DNA from: Desulfotalea psychrophila LSv54
GTDB lineage: Bacteria > Desulfobacterota > Desulfobulbia > Desulfobulbales > Desulfocapsaceae
Direction: 5' to 3'
DNA length: 32,000 nt
NCBI RefSeq assembly: GCF_000025945.1
Contig: NC_006138.1
Coordinates: 930,001 to 962,000 of the forward strand
Shown here: positions 11,170 to 18,942 of the stretch, piece by piece
Numbering within the stretch: the first letter of the stretch is position 1
How the letters are laid out: each line of letters opens with the position of its first letter
Made by a program: the position numbers and the translations under genes
The notes under the pieces: model-generated
Seen by the model: only the letters and a program-made list of their open reading frames with translations
Database searches by the model: none
What the model was told of the DNA's origin: nothing

Positions 11170-11352
11170 CCTATCTACGGGCAGGCGCGGCCGCAAAAGG
11201 TGAATCAGGCTTCGCTTTTGTAGGCAAAGAGCCTGTCTATGGGCGCTGAGAGGGGAAGCAAGGAGGAGCAGCCTATTTAGCCCTGGTACAGGGTAAAGGT
11301 TAAACCTTTGGGTAAAGTCGTTTCCTTTACCCGTGCATTATCCAGATGTTGA
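11130..11352. repeat. Repeat A, copy 1 (223 bp)
   Basis: Hand alignment to 12287-12501 gives 9 substitutions plus a 1-nt and a 7-nt indel. Both copies end in CATTATCCAGATGTTGA. Confidence 0.9.
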
Positions 11353-11681
11353 GCACAGAGCAATATTTCACCAAAAGAACAAATTGGCATCACGACCCTC
11401 GATCGAGTTTCCCGGGTTCGATGGTGGTCACCGGATCGTGGCTTGCCAGCCACACTGGCCAAAGGGGGAAGCGTTCCCCCCTTTGCACCCCATGCCGCCC
11501 CGGCCCAGTTGCCAATCCTCACTCTCGTTTCAGCTTTCGCTAAGGTTGCGAACGGGCTCCTAGACACCGCTGGCAGTTCTTCCTGACCTGCTCACCGCCA
11601 TCACTCCGTTCGGGCAACCGAGAGGGGGGAGGGGCCACCTCCATCCTCATACGGTCGTATGCAAAATGTTGAAATGACGAT
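11353..11681. ncRNA. Candidate structured non-coding RNA or inserted element (core of module 1); family unknown
   Basis: It is G+C-rich relative to its flanks, and no ORF has a plausible protein composition. Several perfect or near-perfect stems are present:
- 11460-11468 with 11477-11485 (9 bp)
- 11438-11443 with 11448-11453 (6 bp)
- 11544-11555 with 11606-11619 (12 bp with a 2-nt bulge)
- 11532-11534 with 11539-11541, which closes a GAAA tetraloop when read on the minus strand

Strand is undetermined. Confidence 0.35.
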
Positions 11682-11819
11682 GCTCAGCTCCGTGCCAATG
11701 GGGATCGCCCAAGCAAACATCGGTGCCATTTAATAAAATTGGGGGCTTCGCTCTCAGAGAAAAAAATGATACGAATACTAGTAAGATATAGCGAGCATTT
11801 AAGTCTTACTATGCACTAG
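11682..11819. repeat. Repeat B, copy 1 (138 bp)
   Basis: Hand alignment to 12690-12826 gives 4 substitutions and a 1-nt indel. It starts GCTCAGCTCCGTGCCAATGGGG and ends CTTACTATGCACTAG. Confidence 0.9.
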
Positions 11820-11967
11820 TGCTCTGTAAAACTTTATCCACCGTATATTGTTTGCCCTTTTCTCGCGCTGACTTCGTTTCTCATTCGGTCACATAGCGCT
11901 GCTAGCATTCGTGCCTTGTAGCGCACCAAAATGGCTCAACAATATTTACGATATCTAAAGCTCTGCA

Positions 11968-12328
11968 AAGCAATGGAAGTAAGCTTGGAGCAAAGATGCC
12001 TGTTGTGGCCGAAAGAGAGTAGGGAAAATCGAGTAAGCGAGCAATATATGTATGGGCAAAGGCCAAAACATTGAGGGGACGGGTCATAAACAAACGGACA
12101 AAGCCCAAAAACTCGAGAAGTCGAGCAAGATACAGATGTATAAAGCCCGAAACTCCGAAGAAAGAGACAATATACAAATGTATAAAGCCTCAAACACCGA
12201 AGAAAGAGACAATATACATATGTAGACGACCTGAAAACTTGGGTAGTCGAGCAATGGATGTATAAAGCCTGAAAACCCCAGTAGTGGAGCAATGGATGTA
12301 GACAGGCCAAATACTTGAGAAGATGGCC
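11968..12328. repeat. Degenerate tandem array of about 42-bp units (array 2)
   Basis: Well-defined units lie at 12121-12163, 12164-12205, 12206-12247, 12248-12286 and 12287-12328. More decayed units lie at about 11968-12120. The consensus is roughly GAGCAATATACATATGTATAAAGCCTGAAAACTTGAGTAGT. The repetitive peptides in the minus-strand ORFs at 11902-12353 mirror this array. Confidence 0.8.
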
Positions 12329-12501
12329 TATCTGTGGCCAGGCATGGCCGCAAACGGTGAATCAGGCTTCGCTTTTGTAGGCAAAGAGCCTGTCTATGGG
12401 TGCTGAGAGGGAAGCAAGGAGGAGCAGCCTATTTAGCCCTGGTACAGGGTAAACCTTTGGGTAAAGTCGTTTCCTTTACCCGGGCATTATCCAGATGTTG
12501 A
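12287..12501. repeat. Repeat A, copy 2 (215 bp)
   Basis: See copy 1. Same orientation, 1157 bp downstream of copy 1. Confidence 0.9.
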
Positions 12502-12689
12502 TTTCATTCATTTTCTTTTACTCAAATGCGAACCAGTAGTATGGCTTGATCATACGACGGTAGTATGGCTTACGACGAAAGAAAGGAGCCCTGCCACTAC
12601 GGCCTTCGGCGGTGCGCCTCAAGCCCCACGAGAGTTTGAGATGGCTACGCTCAAACAAGTTAAACTCCTTTATCGCAAATTTTTCCGGT

Positions 12690-12826
12690 GCTCAGCTCCG
12701 TGCCAATGGGGATCGCCCAAGCAAACATCGGTGCCATTTAATAAAATTGGGGGCCTCGCTCTCAGAGAAAAAATGAGACGAATACTCGTAAGATATAGCG
12801 AGCATTTAAGCCTTACTATGCACTAG
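12690..12826. repeat. Repeat B, copy 2 (137 bp), abutting the mutS stop codon
   Basis: See copy 1. Its last nucleotides, CACTAG, contain the complement of the mutS stop codon (CTA at 12823-12825). Confidence 0.9.
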
Positions 12827-15462
12827 ACGGTCATCTCCTTTAGGGCGTAGAGGGCATCAAGTGCCTGTCTGGGTGTCAGCTCGTCTAAATCCATTTCCCT
12901 GATCTTTGTCCGTATCTCGTCGGTCGGAGGGGCAAAGAGGGAGGGCTGGTGGGGCTTGTGCTCGCTCAGCTCCTTCTGAGGCTGCCCTCCTACCTTTTCT
13001 CCTGCTAGAAAATCTCCGGATTCAATGCTGTGCAGTATTTCATGGGCCCGTTCCACCACCTGGGCGGGGACGCCTGCCAGAGCCGCCACCTGAATACCAT
13101 AACTGCGGCTGGTACCACCCTTTATCAGCTTATGGAGGAAGATAACGCTCTTCTGCCACTCCCGTACAGCGATGGAGTAGTTCTGTATCCGTGCATATCT
13201 GCGGGCCAGATCGGTGAGCTCGTGGTAGTGGGTGGCGAACATGGTCTTGACTCCGATACCGTCTTTTTGCACCAGGTGTTCTGTTACAGCCCAGGCGATG
13301 GAGAGACCATCGTAGGTGGATGTACCCCGACCGATCTCATCGAGGATAACAAGACTGCGCGGGGTGGCATTGTTGAGAATATTGGCGGTTTCACTCATCT
13401 CCACCATAAAGGTGGATTGGCCCCTGCGTAGGTCATCCATTGCCCCGACCCGGGTAAATATTCGGTCAACAACCCCGATTCGGGCGGAATCTGCGGGTAC
13501 ATAGTAGCCCATCTGGGCCATGAGGACAATGAGGGCCGTTTGTCTCAGTACCGTGGATTTACCGGCCATATTCGGGCCGGTGATAACCAGAATTTCATTT
13601 TCAGCCTGATCAAGATAGACGTCGTTGGGGACGAACTTTCCTGCCGGTAGTGATCTCTCGATAACGGGGTGTCGTCCCTCTCGTATCTCCAGGCTGCCAT
13701 CGTCTCTGATCTCGGGTCGGTGATAGTTGTACTGCTGTGATACTTCGGCGGCCGAGGCATAAAAATCAAGAAGGGCCAACTGGTGAGCTGTGGCCAGAAA
13801 CCTGCTGGAATGGCTGGCAAGCTCATTTCGGACAGTGGCAAAGAGCTGATACTCCAGTTCTAGTCTGCGATCTTCGGCGCCCAGGACCTTGGTTTCAAAC
13901 TCCTTCAGTTCAGGGGTGATAAATCTCTCGGCATTGACCAGGGTCTGCTTACGAATATAGTGTTCCGGTACCCGAGAACTCTGGGCCCTGCTCACCTCGA
14001 TGAAATAGCCAAAGACCCTGTTGTAACTCACCTTGAGCTTGGCAATCCCCGTTCGTTCCCTCTCTTTGGCCTCCAGATCAAGAATGAGTTTCTTCCCATC
14101 CCGGAGGAGAACAATGATCTCATCAAGCTCGGCATTATAACCTTCCCGAATGAGGTTTCCCTCTCGTATATTTGTCGGTGGGTCTGGGTGGATGCTTTTA
14201 TCCAAGAGTTGGTGCAGGTCTTCCAGAGTATCAAGTGTCTGCTCGATCTCTATCAGCTCATCGGTATCGCATTTTCGTAGCTCTGTCAGCATTTCAGGCA
14301 GGCGGGCCAGAGACTGTTTCATGGCCAGCATATCGCGGCCATTGGCCGAGCCCAGGGTGATCCTGCTGTTGAGTCGTTCTATATCATAGACCTGATCGAG
14401 CAACTCTCTGATCTGGTGACGTGCCTCTGAGTTGTTAAAAAAATAGCCCACTGCGTTGAGGCGGCGGAGGATTCTTGCCCTGTCCTGAAGGGGAAAGAGG
14501 ATGGCCTGTTTGAGAAATCTGGCCCCCATGGGCGTTGTGGTCAGATCAAGGACGGAGAGCAGGGAACCGCTTCGGTTGCCACCGACAATTGTCTGGGTAA
14601 GTTCAAGGTTACGCCGCGAAGAGTCATCTATTTGCAGGATGGCATCGAGTTCCAGGCGGCTCAGCTTCTCTATATGGTGGATGGCAGATTTTTGGGTCTC
14701 CTCAATATAGTCGAGGAGTATGGCCGCGGCGATCTGTCCCTCGACAAGGGTCTCACATCCAAATCCATCCAGACTGATGACGGCGAAATGTTCAAGCAGC
14801 TTTTCATGCGATTGGTCAAAGTCAAAGAGGTGGTGGGGGCGCGGGGTTATACAGAGGCCGGGGATGAGGGTGGTGGCAAGATCGATGGTCTCGGCAAAGT
14901 CCTCTAGCTCCTCTTCTGAGACGAGCAGTTCTGTGGGGGTGAGGCGGGTCAGTTGGTCGAGGATATCTGCCTCACCATCGCTCCCGGCAAAATCGGCAAC
15001 GATGAACTCACCGGTGGTAATATCAAGAAAGGAGAGACCATAGCGGTTGTTTTTTCCCCTGCTAATGGCCGTGACAAAGTTATTGCTCTTGGCATCGAGG
15101 AGTTGATTGTCTGTGACCACTCCGGGAGTGACTATCTGCACCACCTCTCGTTTGACAATACCTTGGGCTGTACTGGGATCCTCCACCTGTTCACAGATTG
15201 CTACTCGCTTGCCCGCCTCTACCATCTTTGCCAGATATCCCTGCAGGGCATGGTAGGGGATTCCGCACATGGGTATTTGAGCACTGTCCGATTTCTTATT
15301 GCGGGAGGTGAGGGTGATACCAAGAATCTTGGAGGCGGTGATGGCGTCCTCAAAGAACATCTCGTAAAAATCTCCCATTCGGTAAAAGAGGATGGTATGG
15401 GGATGTTGTTCTTTGAGCTTAAAGTACTGCTGCATCATCGGGGTTATTTTTAATTTTGGCAT
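12823..15462 (-). CDS. mutS: DNA mismatch repair protein MutS
   Basis: [34 protein letters not shown] matches the mismatch-binding domain. The Walker A motif GPNMAGKST and STFMVEM...[12 protein letters not shown] are present. The first ATG (15462) gives [13 protein letters not shown]. The tracked start at 15474 is a TTG that would overlap the upstream HIT gene. Confidence 0.96.
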
Positions 15463-15466
15463 AGTC

Positions 15467-15976
15467 TTAGGCAATTTCTTGGGTTTGTTCTATTTTTTGA
15501 AATTCTGGTAGAAGGATATTAAATGTGTCTTCGATATGCTGGGGTATTGTCCTTACCTCGGCCAGGGTGGTCATAAAATTATGATCGCCCTGCCAACGGG
15601 GGATGATATGAAAGTGGAGATGATCGGCGATACCCGCTCCGGCACAGGCACCAATATTGCAGCCAATATTGAGCCCAGCAGGCGAGAAGAGCTGTTTGAT
15701 AATAGCGGCGGATCTTTTCACCATGAGCATAAGGGCATAACTCTCCCCATCGCTGAGTTCGGTGAGGCAGGCGATATGGCGTATGGGGGCAACAAGCAGA
15801 TGGCCGTTTGCGTAGGGGAAGCGATTGAGCAATACTATCACCTCGCTGTCCCGATAGAGAAGCAGGCTGTTTGGGTCATAGGGGCAGTTTTCGTCGGGCT
15901 CAAAGAGGCAGCCCCTGACCTTCGGCGCCTCTCCTAAAACGTGTTGCATGCGCCAGGGTGTCCAGAGAGTTTTCAT
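15467..15976 (-). CDS. HIT-family nucleotide hydrolase/phosphorylase (Ap4A-type)
   Basis: 169 aa with the histidine triad HLHFHIIPR and the [12 protein letters not shown] block. It has an ATGA overlap with the upstream gene and ends 4 nt before the mutS ATG. Confidence 0.85.
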
Positions 15977-16470
15977 GATCTTGGTAAGTCAAAAATTTTA
16001 GCTGTTATTCCCGTTTTCGAGGTGGTGGCAATGGCATAGGTGCCGGGAGCTCCATAGCGCCCCGTGCCCTTGAAGCTTCCGGGATTAATATAGAGGGTTG
16101 AGGCCACTCTGTGGCAGAGGGGATTATGGGTGTGACCATAGATAATGCAGTCTGCTTCGGGGTATTGGTCAAAGAGTCTCTCTTCAATATTATGGCGTGG
16201 CCCGTTTGCTCCATGGCAGAGGGCAAAGAGGAAACCGTCTACCACAAAGGTCTTCATCTCCGGCAGATCCGCTTTTGTTCTGGAATTGCAAACATTTCCA
16301 CAGACAGCGTGGACCTCTTTGCCTCTAAAGGCCTCCAGAATTGTCATGTCGGTGAGATCTCCTGCATGGACAATGATATCGCAGTCGGCAAAGGCTCTGG
16401 CCGTGTTGCGATTAAAGTCTGCCGTGGGGGCAGTGATATGGGTATCGGATAATATGCCAATTATTGTCAT
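15973..16470 (-). CDS. YfcE/MJ0936-family metallophosphoesterase
   Basis: 165 aa with the calcineurin-like motifs SDTH, HAGD, GNVC and GHTH in canonical order. Confidence 0.85.
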   Translation of the reverse strand: MTIIGILSDTHITAPTADFNRNTARAFADCDIIVHAGDLTDMTILEAFRGKEVHAVCGNVCNSRTKADLPEMKTFVVDGFLFALCHGANGPRHNIEERLFDQYPEADCIIYGHTHNPLCHRVASTLYINPGSFKGTGRYGAPGTYAIATTSKTGITAKIFDLPRS

Positions 16471-16538
16471 GCTCTTCCTTCTTTAACTTGTCCTTGGTTT
16501 TTCCAGCCTCTGCTTGCCTTCACTATAATACCCCTGAC

Positions 16539-16585
16539 GGATAAAGAAATAGCGCAGAGGAGACTCTTGGTCTCTTTTGCGCTAT
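16539..16585 (-). terminator. Rho-independent terminator after the FMN-dependent dehydrogenase gene
   Basis: 15-bp stem, including two G-U pairs, between 16549-16563 and 16571-16585 with a 7-nt loop. On the minus strand TTCTTTAT follows. It lies 28 nt after the stop at 16613. Confidence 0.6.
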
Positions 16586-16612
16586 TAATAAATGCCCTCT
16601 CTTTTTTAAACG

Positions 16613-17623
16613 CTATCTGCGAATGATGTTTGGCGAGACACTTGCGGCAGCTGCTGTTCCGGTGAGGGTCATGGCCTGTTTGAGTTCGGTACTCAGCTGG
16701 TCGATATACTTTTCTACACCTGCTTGCAGGCCACCGACGGCAGCGACAGAAAATGGTCTGCCGATCATTACCGCATCGGCCCCGAGGGCGAGCATTTTGA
16801 GGACATCTCCACCGGTACGGACTCCACCATCGACAAAGATGGTCATTCTGCCCTTAACCCGTTCTGCTATTTCAGGCAGTACCTCGGCGGTACCGGGGGT
16901 GTGATCCAGTACCCGACCGCCATGATCGGAGACGACAATGGCCTCGCAACCTGCCTCGAGGGCAAGTTCGGCCTCGTCCGCAGTCATTACTCCCTTGAGG
17001 ACGAATTTCATTCCCGTGCTCTTGATGATCTCAGCAAGCTTTGCCGGAGTCTTGGCAGAAACAGGTCGTCCCTGCAGGCGGAGGGTGATAAGACCGGCCG
17101 CATCAATGTCCATGCCGATGGCCAGGCAGCCGGTGGCCTTGGCCCCGGCGAGCTTTGCCAAGAGCTCTTCATCATCCCAGGGCTTTATAAATGGAATGGC
17201 CTCGCCGTCCGCAGCCTTGATAGCCGCAAAACCTTCCTGGTGGATGACCTCCGGTACCCCGTCGCCGGTACAGCCGATAATTGATTTTGCCCGGCAACCG
17301 TTGACAATTGCTCGAACATAATCTTTTTCTGAGATTGCTCCGCCCATATTATAGGAGATGCCGCCGATGGGGGCCGCAAGTACGGGCAGGGCCATTTTTC
17401 TGCCGAGTATGGTAACGCTGGTATCGGGCTCCACCACATCGTGGAGGAGGCGCATATTAAATTTTACCTCGGCCAGGGCTTCGAAATTACTCTTGAAAGA
17501 CGATCCTGTCCCCAGCCCGCCCATGCCCGGCACTTCACCTGCACATGCTCTACCATTACAGGCAGGGCATACCCGGCACTGTTTTCCCATGAGCTTTCTA
17601 GCCCTATCTCTGACTTCTTTCAT
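16613..17623 (-). CDS. FMN-dependent alpha-hydroxy-acid dehydrogenase/oxidase family protein with an N-terminal Cys cluster
   Basis: VVSDHGGRVLD resembles the SNHGGRQLD block of the glycolate/lactate oxidase family. GADAVMIGRP is a TIM-barrel phosphate-binding motif. ATG at 17623 is preceded by GAGGAA. The tracked start at 17674 lacks an RBS. Confidence 0.8.
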   Translation of the reverse strand: MKEVRDRARKLMGKQCRVCPACNGRACAGEVPGMGGLGTGSSFKSNFEALAEVKFNMRLLHDVVEPDTSVTILGRKMALPVLAAPIGGISYNMGGAISEKDYVRAIVNGCRAKSIIGCTGDGVPEVIHQEGFAAIKAADGEAIPFIKPWDDEELLAKLAGAKATGCLAIGMDIDAAGLITLRLQGRPVSAKTPAKLAEIIKSTGMKFVLKGVMTADEAELALEAGCEAIVVSDHGGRVLDHTPGTAEVLPEIAERVKGRMTIFVDGGVRTGGDVLKMLALGADAVMIGRPFSVAAVGGLQAGVEKYIDQLSTELKQAMTLTGTAAAASVSPNIIRR

Positions 17624-17873
17624 TTTTTTTCCTCTGTATATGCTGCGGATAGGTGATGAACGAATAATTTCCAATCTCTTAATTTTGGCAGAAAATCGGA
17701 TTTCTGTCTATCTGTTTATCGCCAGATCAGGCAAAATATAGCATTCATTTCCTTCTTAAGGCCTGAGCTGGCTCCGGAGCAGAGATCTTTTGTTTGAGCT
17801 TTAAGCCTTTTCTGGGTATGTTTTTGCCCTAAACTTGTTTTCACTGTTAATAATTACGCTAAGGGCTGTAGGA

Positions 17874-18251
17874 ATGACGAAAAAAGTACTCTTTTTTTTG
17901 CTTTTCCTGGGTTGTTCACTCACCGAGGGATATGCAATGGGAATAGATTATAGTGTGGAGGAGGCTCATGCCCTTATTGGTGATGATGCCATTGTTTGGC
18001 TGGATATCAGGGAGAAGGGTGAACTTGTGTCCCTGCCCAAACTTGACGTTGCCCGGCATCTGCCCCTCTCTCATTTTAAGGCAGGATTTGCTCGCTTAAA
18101 TATTGACAGGGAGACAAGGATCTTTCTCATCTGTCGGTCTGGAAATCGCTCAAAGCGCCTGCAGAAAACCCTGTTGAAAGAGGGGTATATCAACACGGTA
18201 AATATTCTTGGTGGCATGCGTGCCTGGCGGAAAAAATATCCCCGGAACTAG
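17874..18251 (+). CDS. Rhodanese-domain sulfurtransferase, probably secreted or a lipoprotein
   Basis: ATG at 17874 gives MTKKVLFFLLFLGCS, a signal peptide with a lipobox-like LGC. The active-site loop CRSGNRS is followed by GGMRAW, typical of single-domain rhodaneses. Confidence 0.8.
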   Translation: MTKKVLFFLLFLGCSLTEGYAMGIDYSVEEAHALIGDDAIVWLDIREKGELVSLPKLDVARHLPLSHFKAGFARLNIDRETRIFLICRSGNRSKRLQKTLLKEGYINTVNILGGMRAWRKKYPRN

Positions 18252-18374
18252 GCTGAAAGCTACCATCCTTGCTTGCGATGATGCTCTTTAGCAGGTATAT
18301 TGGCTTGTTTAAGGTAAGAAACTCTACGTTGCTGCGTGCAATGTTAATAGATACAGCAAAAATGGAGAATAAAG

Positions 18375-18938
18375 ATGTTAAGTGCTTCTGATTTACGTAA
18401 AGGCCTGAAATTAGATATTGAAGGCAGCCCATATATTATCATTGATTTTGATTTCTCAAAACCAGGTAAGGGCCAGGCCCTTTATCGCTGCAAGATGCGT
18501 AATATGATTACGGGTAATCAACTGGTTAAGACCTATCGTTCCAGTGATAAGTTTGAAAAGGCCTCCCTTGAAGAGCGTAAGATGCAGTTTCTTTACAGCC
18601 AGGGAGAGGAGTACCACTTCATGGATAATGAGAATTATGATCAGCTCTTTATAACCAAAGATATGTTGGGCGATAATATTTACTTCCTTCAGGATAACAT
18701 GGATGTAGATGTACTCTTCTTTGATGAGAAACCTATAGATATTACCCTGCCTATCTTTGTTAATCTTGAGGTAACCCGGGCTGACCCATGGGTTAAGGGA
18801 GATACCTCTGGTACCGATACCAAGCCTATTACCGTTGAAACAGGATATCAGCTTCAGGTTCCCCCCTTTGTTGAGCAGGGCGATAAGATCCAGATTGATA
18901 CCCGTACCGGTCAGTATGTAACTCGAGTAAAGCAATAA
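18375..18938 (+). CDS. efp: Elongation factor P
   Basis: 187 aa. The N-terminus LRKGLKLDIEGSPYIIIDFDFSKPGKGQA carries the conserved modified-Lys loop (KPGKG). GGAGAA RBS. Confidence 0.96.
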   Translation: MLSASDLRKGLKLDIEGSPYIIIDFDFSKPGKGQALYRCKMRNMITGNQLVKTYRSSDKFEKASLEERKMQFLYSQGEEYHFMDNENYDQLFITKDMLGDNIYFLQDNMDVDVLFFDEKPIDITLPIFVNLEVTRADPWVKGDTSGTDTKPITVETGYQLQVPPFVEQGDKIQIDTRTGQYVTRVKQ

Positions 18939-18942
18939 GACT

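Noticed and set aside
11400-11660. Short resemblances to known RNAs: RNase P P4 strands (GAACCCGG on the minus strand, CGGGCTCC on the plus strand), the SRP loop (CAGGTCAGGAAG) and 5S rRNA (ACCCCATGCCG)
   Set aside because: The P4-like halves are on opposite strands and in the wrong order. GAGGAAAGUCC is missing, as is the SRP GGAA tetraloop context, and the 5S-like match covers only 11 nt. None of these families fits as a whole.
11346-11672. Integron gene-cassette interpretation; the ATGTTGA repeats contain GTT, and GTTGAGC fits the attC core GTTRRRY
   Set aside because: There is no intI in the window. No inverse core (RYYYAAC) or attC-like imperfect palindrome precedes the second site, the second site (GTTGAAA) breaks the consensus, and the cassette has no ORF. 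IntegronFinder or HattCI could confirm the rejection.
11137-12299. CsrB/RsmZ-like sponge RNA idea; GGATGT, the core of the CsrA SELEX consensus, occurs at 11137-11142, 12256-12261 and 12294-12299
   Set aside because: There are only three such sites plus one AGGAGGA. Most repeat units have ATATACATATG instead of a GGA motif. This is far fewer sites than in known CsrA-sequestering RNAs.
11086-12330. Possible CRISPR array
   Set aside because: The repeats are contiguous with no unique spacers, are degenerate in sequence, have a 42-bp period, and have no cas genes in the window.
11277-12353. ORFs of 60-124 aa inside the repeat island (11277-11567 minus, 11333-11563 plus, 11902-12353 minus, 12071-12265 plus)
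   Set aside because: Their peptides merely mirror the 42-bp repeats (for example LYICILSLSS repeated) or the G+C-rich core (Pro/Arg/Gly/Ser-rich). Several overlap each other in different frames, and none has an RBS. I do not call them as genes.
11338-12495. oriC hypothesis from DnaA-box-like 9-mers, each one mismatch from TTATCCACA: TTATCCAGA at 11338-11346 and 12487-12495, and TTATCCACC at 11834-11842
   Set aside because: There are only three imperfect boxes, two of which are simply copies within repeat A. No dnaA or dnaN is adjacent and there is no clear AT-rich 13-mer unwinding element. This cannot be settled without genome-wide GC skew, so it is not claimed.
12483-12496. Minus-strand ATCTGGATAATGCC at the end of repeat A matches the TPP-riboswitch P4/P5 core (AUCUGGAUAAUGCC), with GGGTGCTGAGAG nearby
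   Set aside because: The CUGAGA-like element is on the opposite strand relative to the P5-like element. On the minus strand no GGGGUGC...CUGAGA half precedes it. Copy 1 has GCAC instead of GCC. No thiamine gene follows. The match is coincidental.
12641-12826. 61-aa plus-strand ORF running through the module-2 core into repeat B
   Set aside because: The corresponding frame in module 1 is broken by the 1-nt indel, and the upstream part is not shared. Only the last 17 codons are conserved; these are reported separately as a low-confidence mini-ORF.
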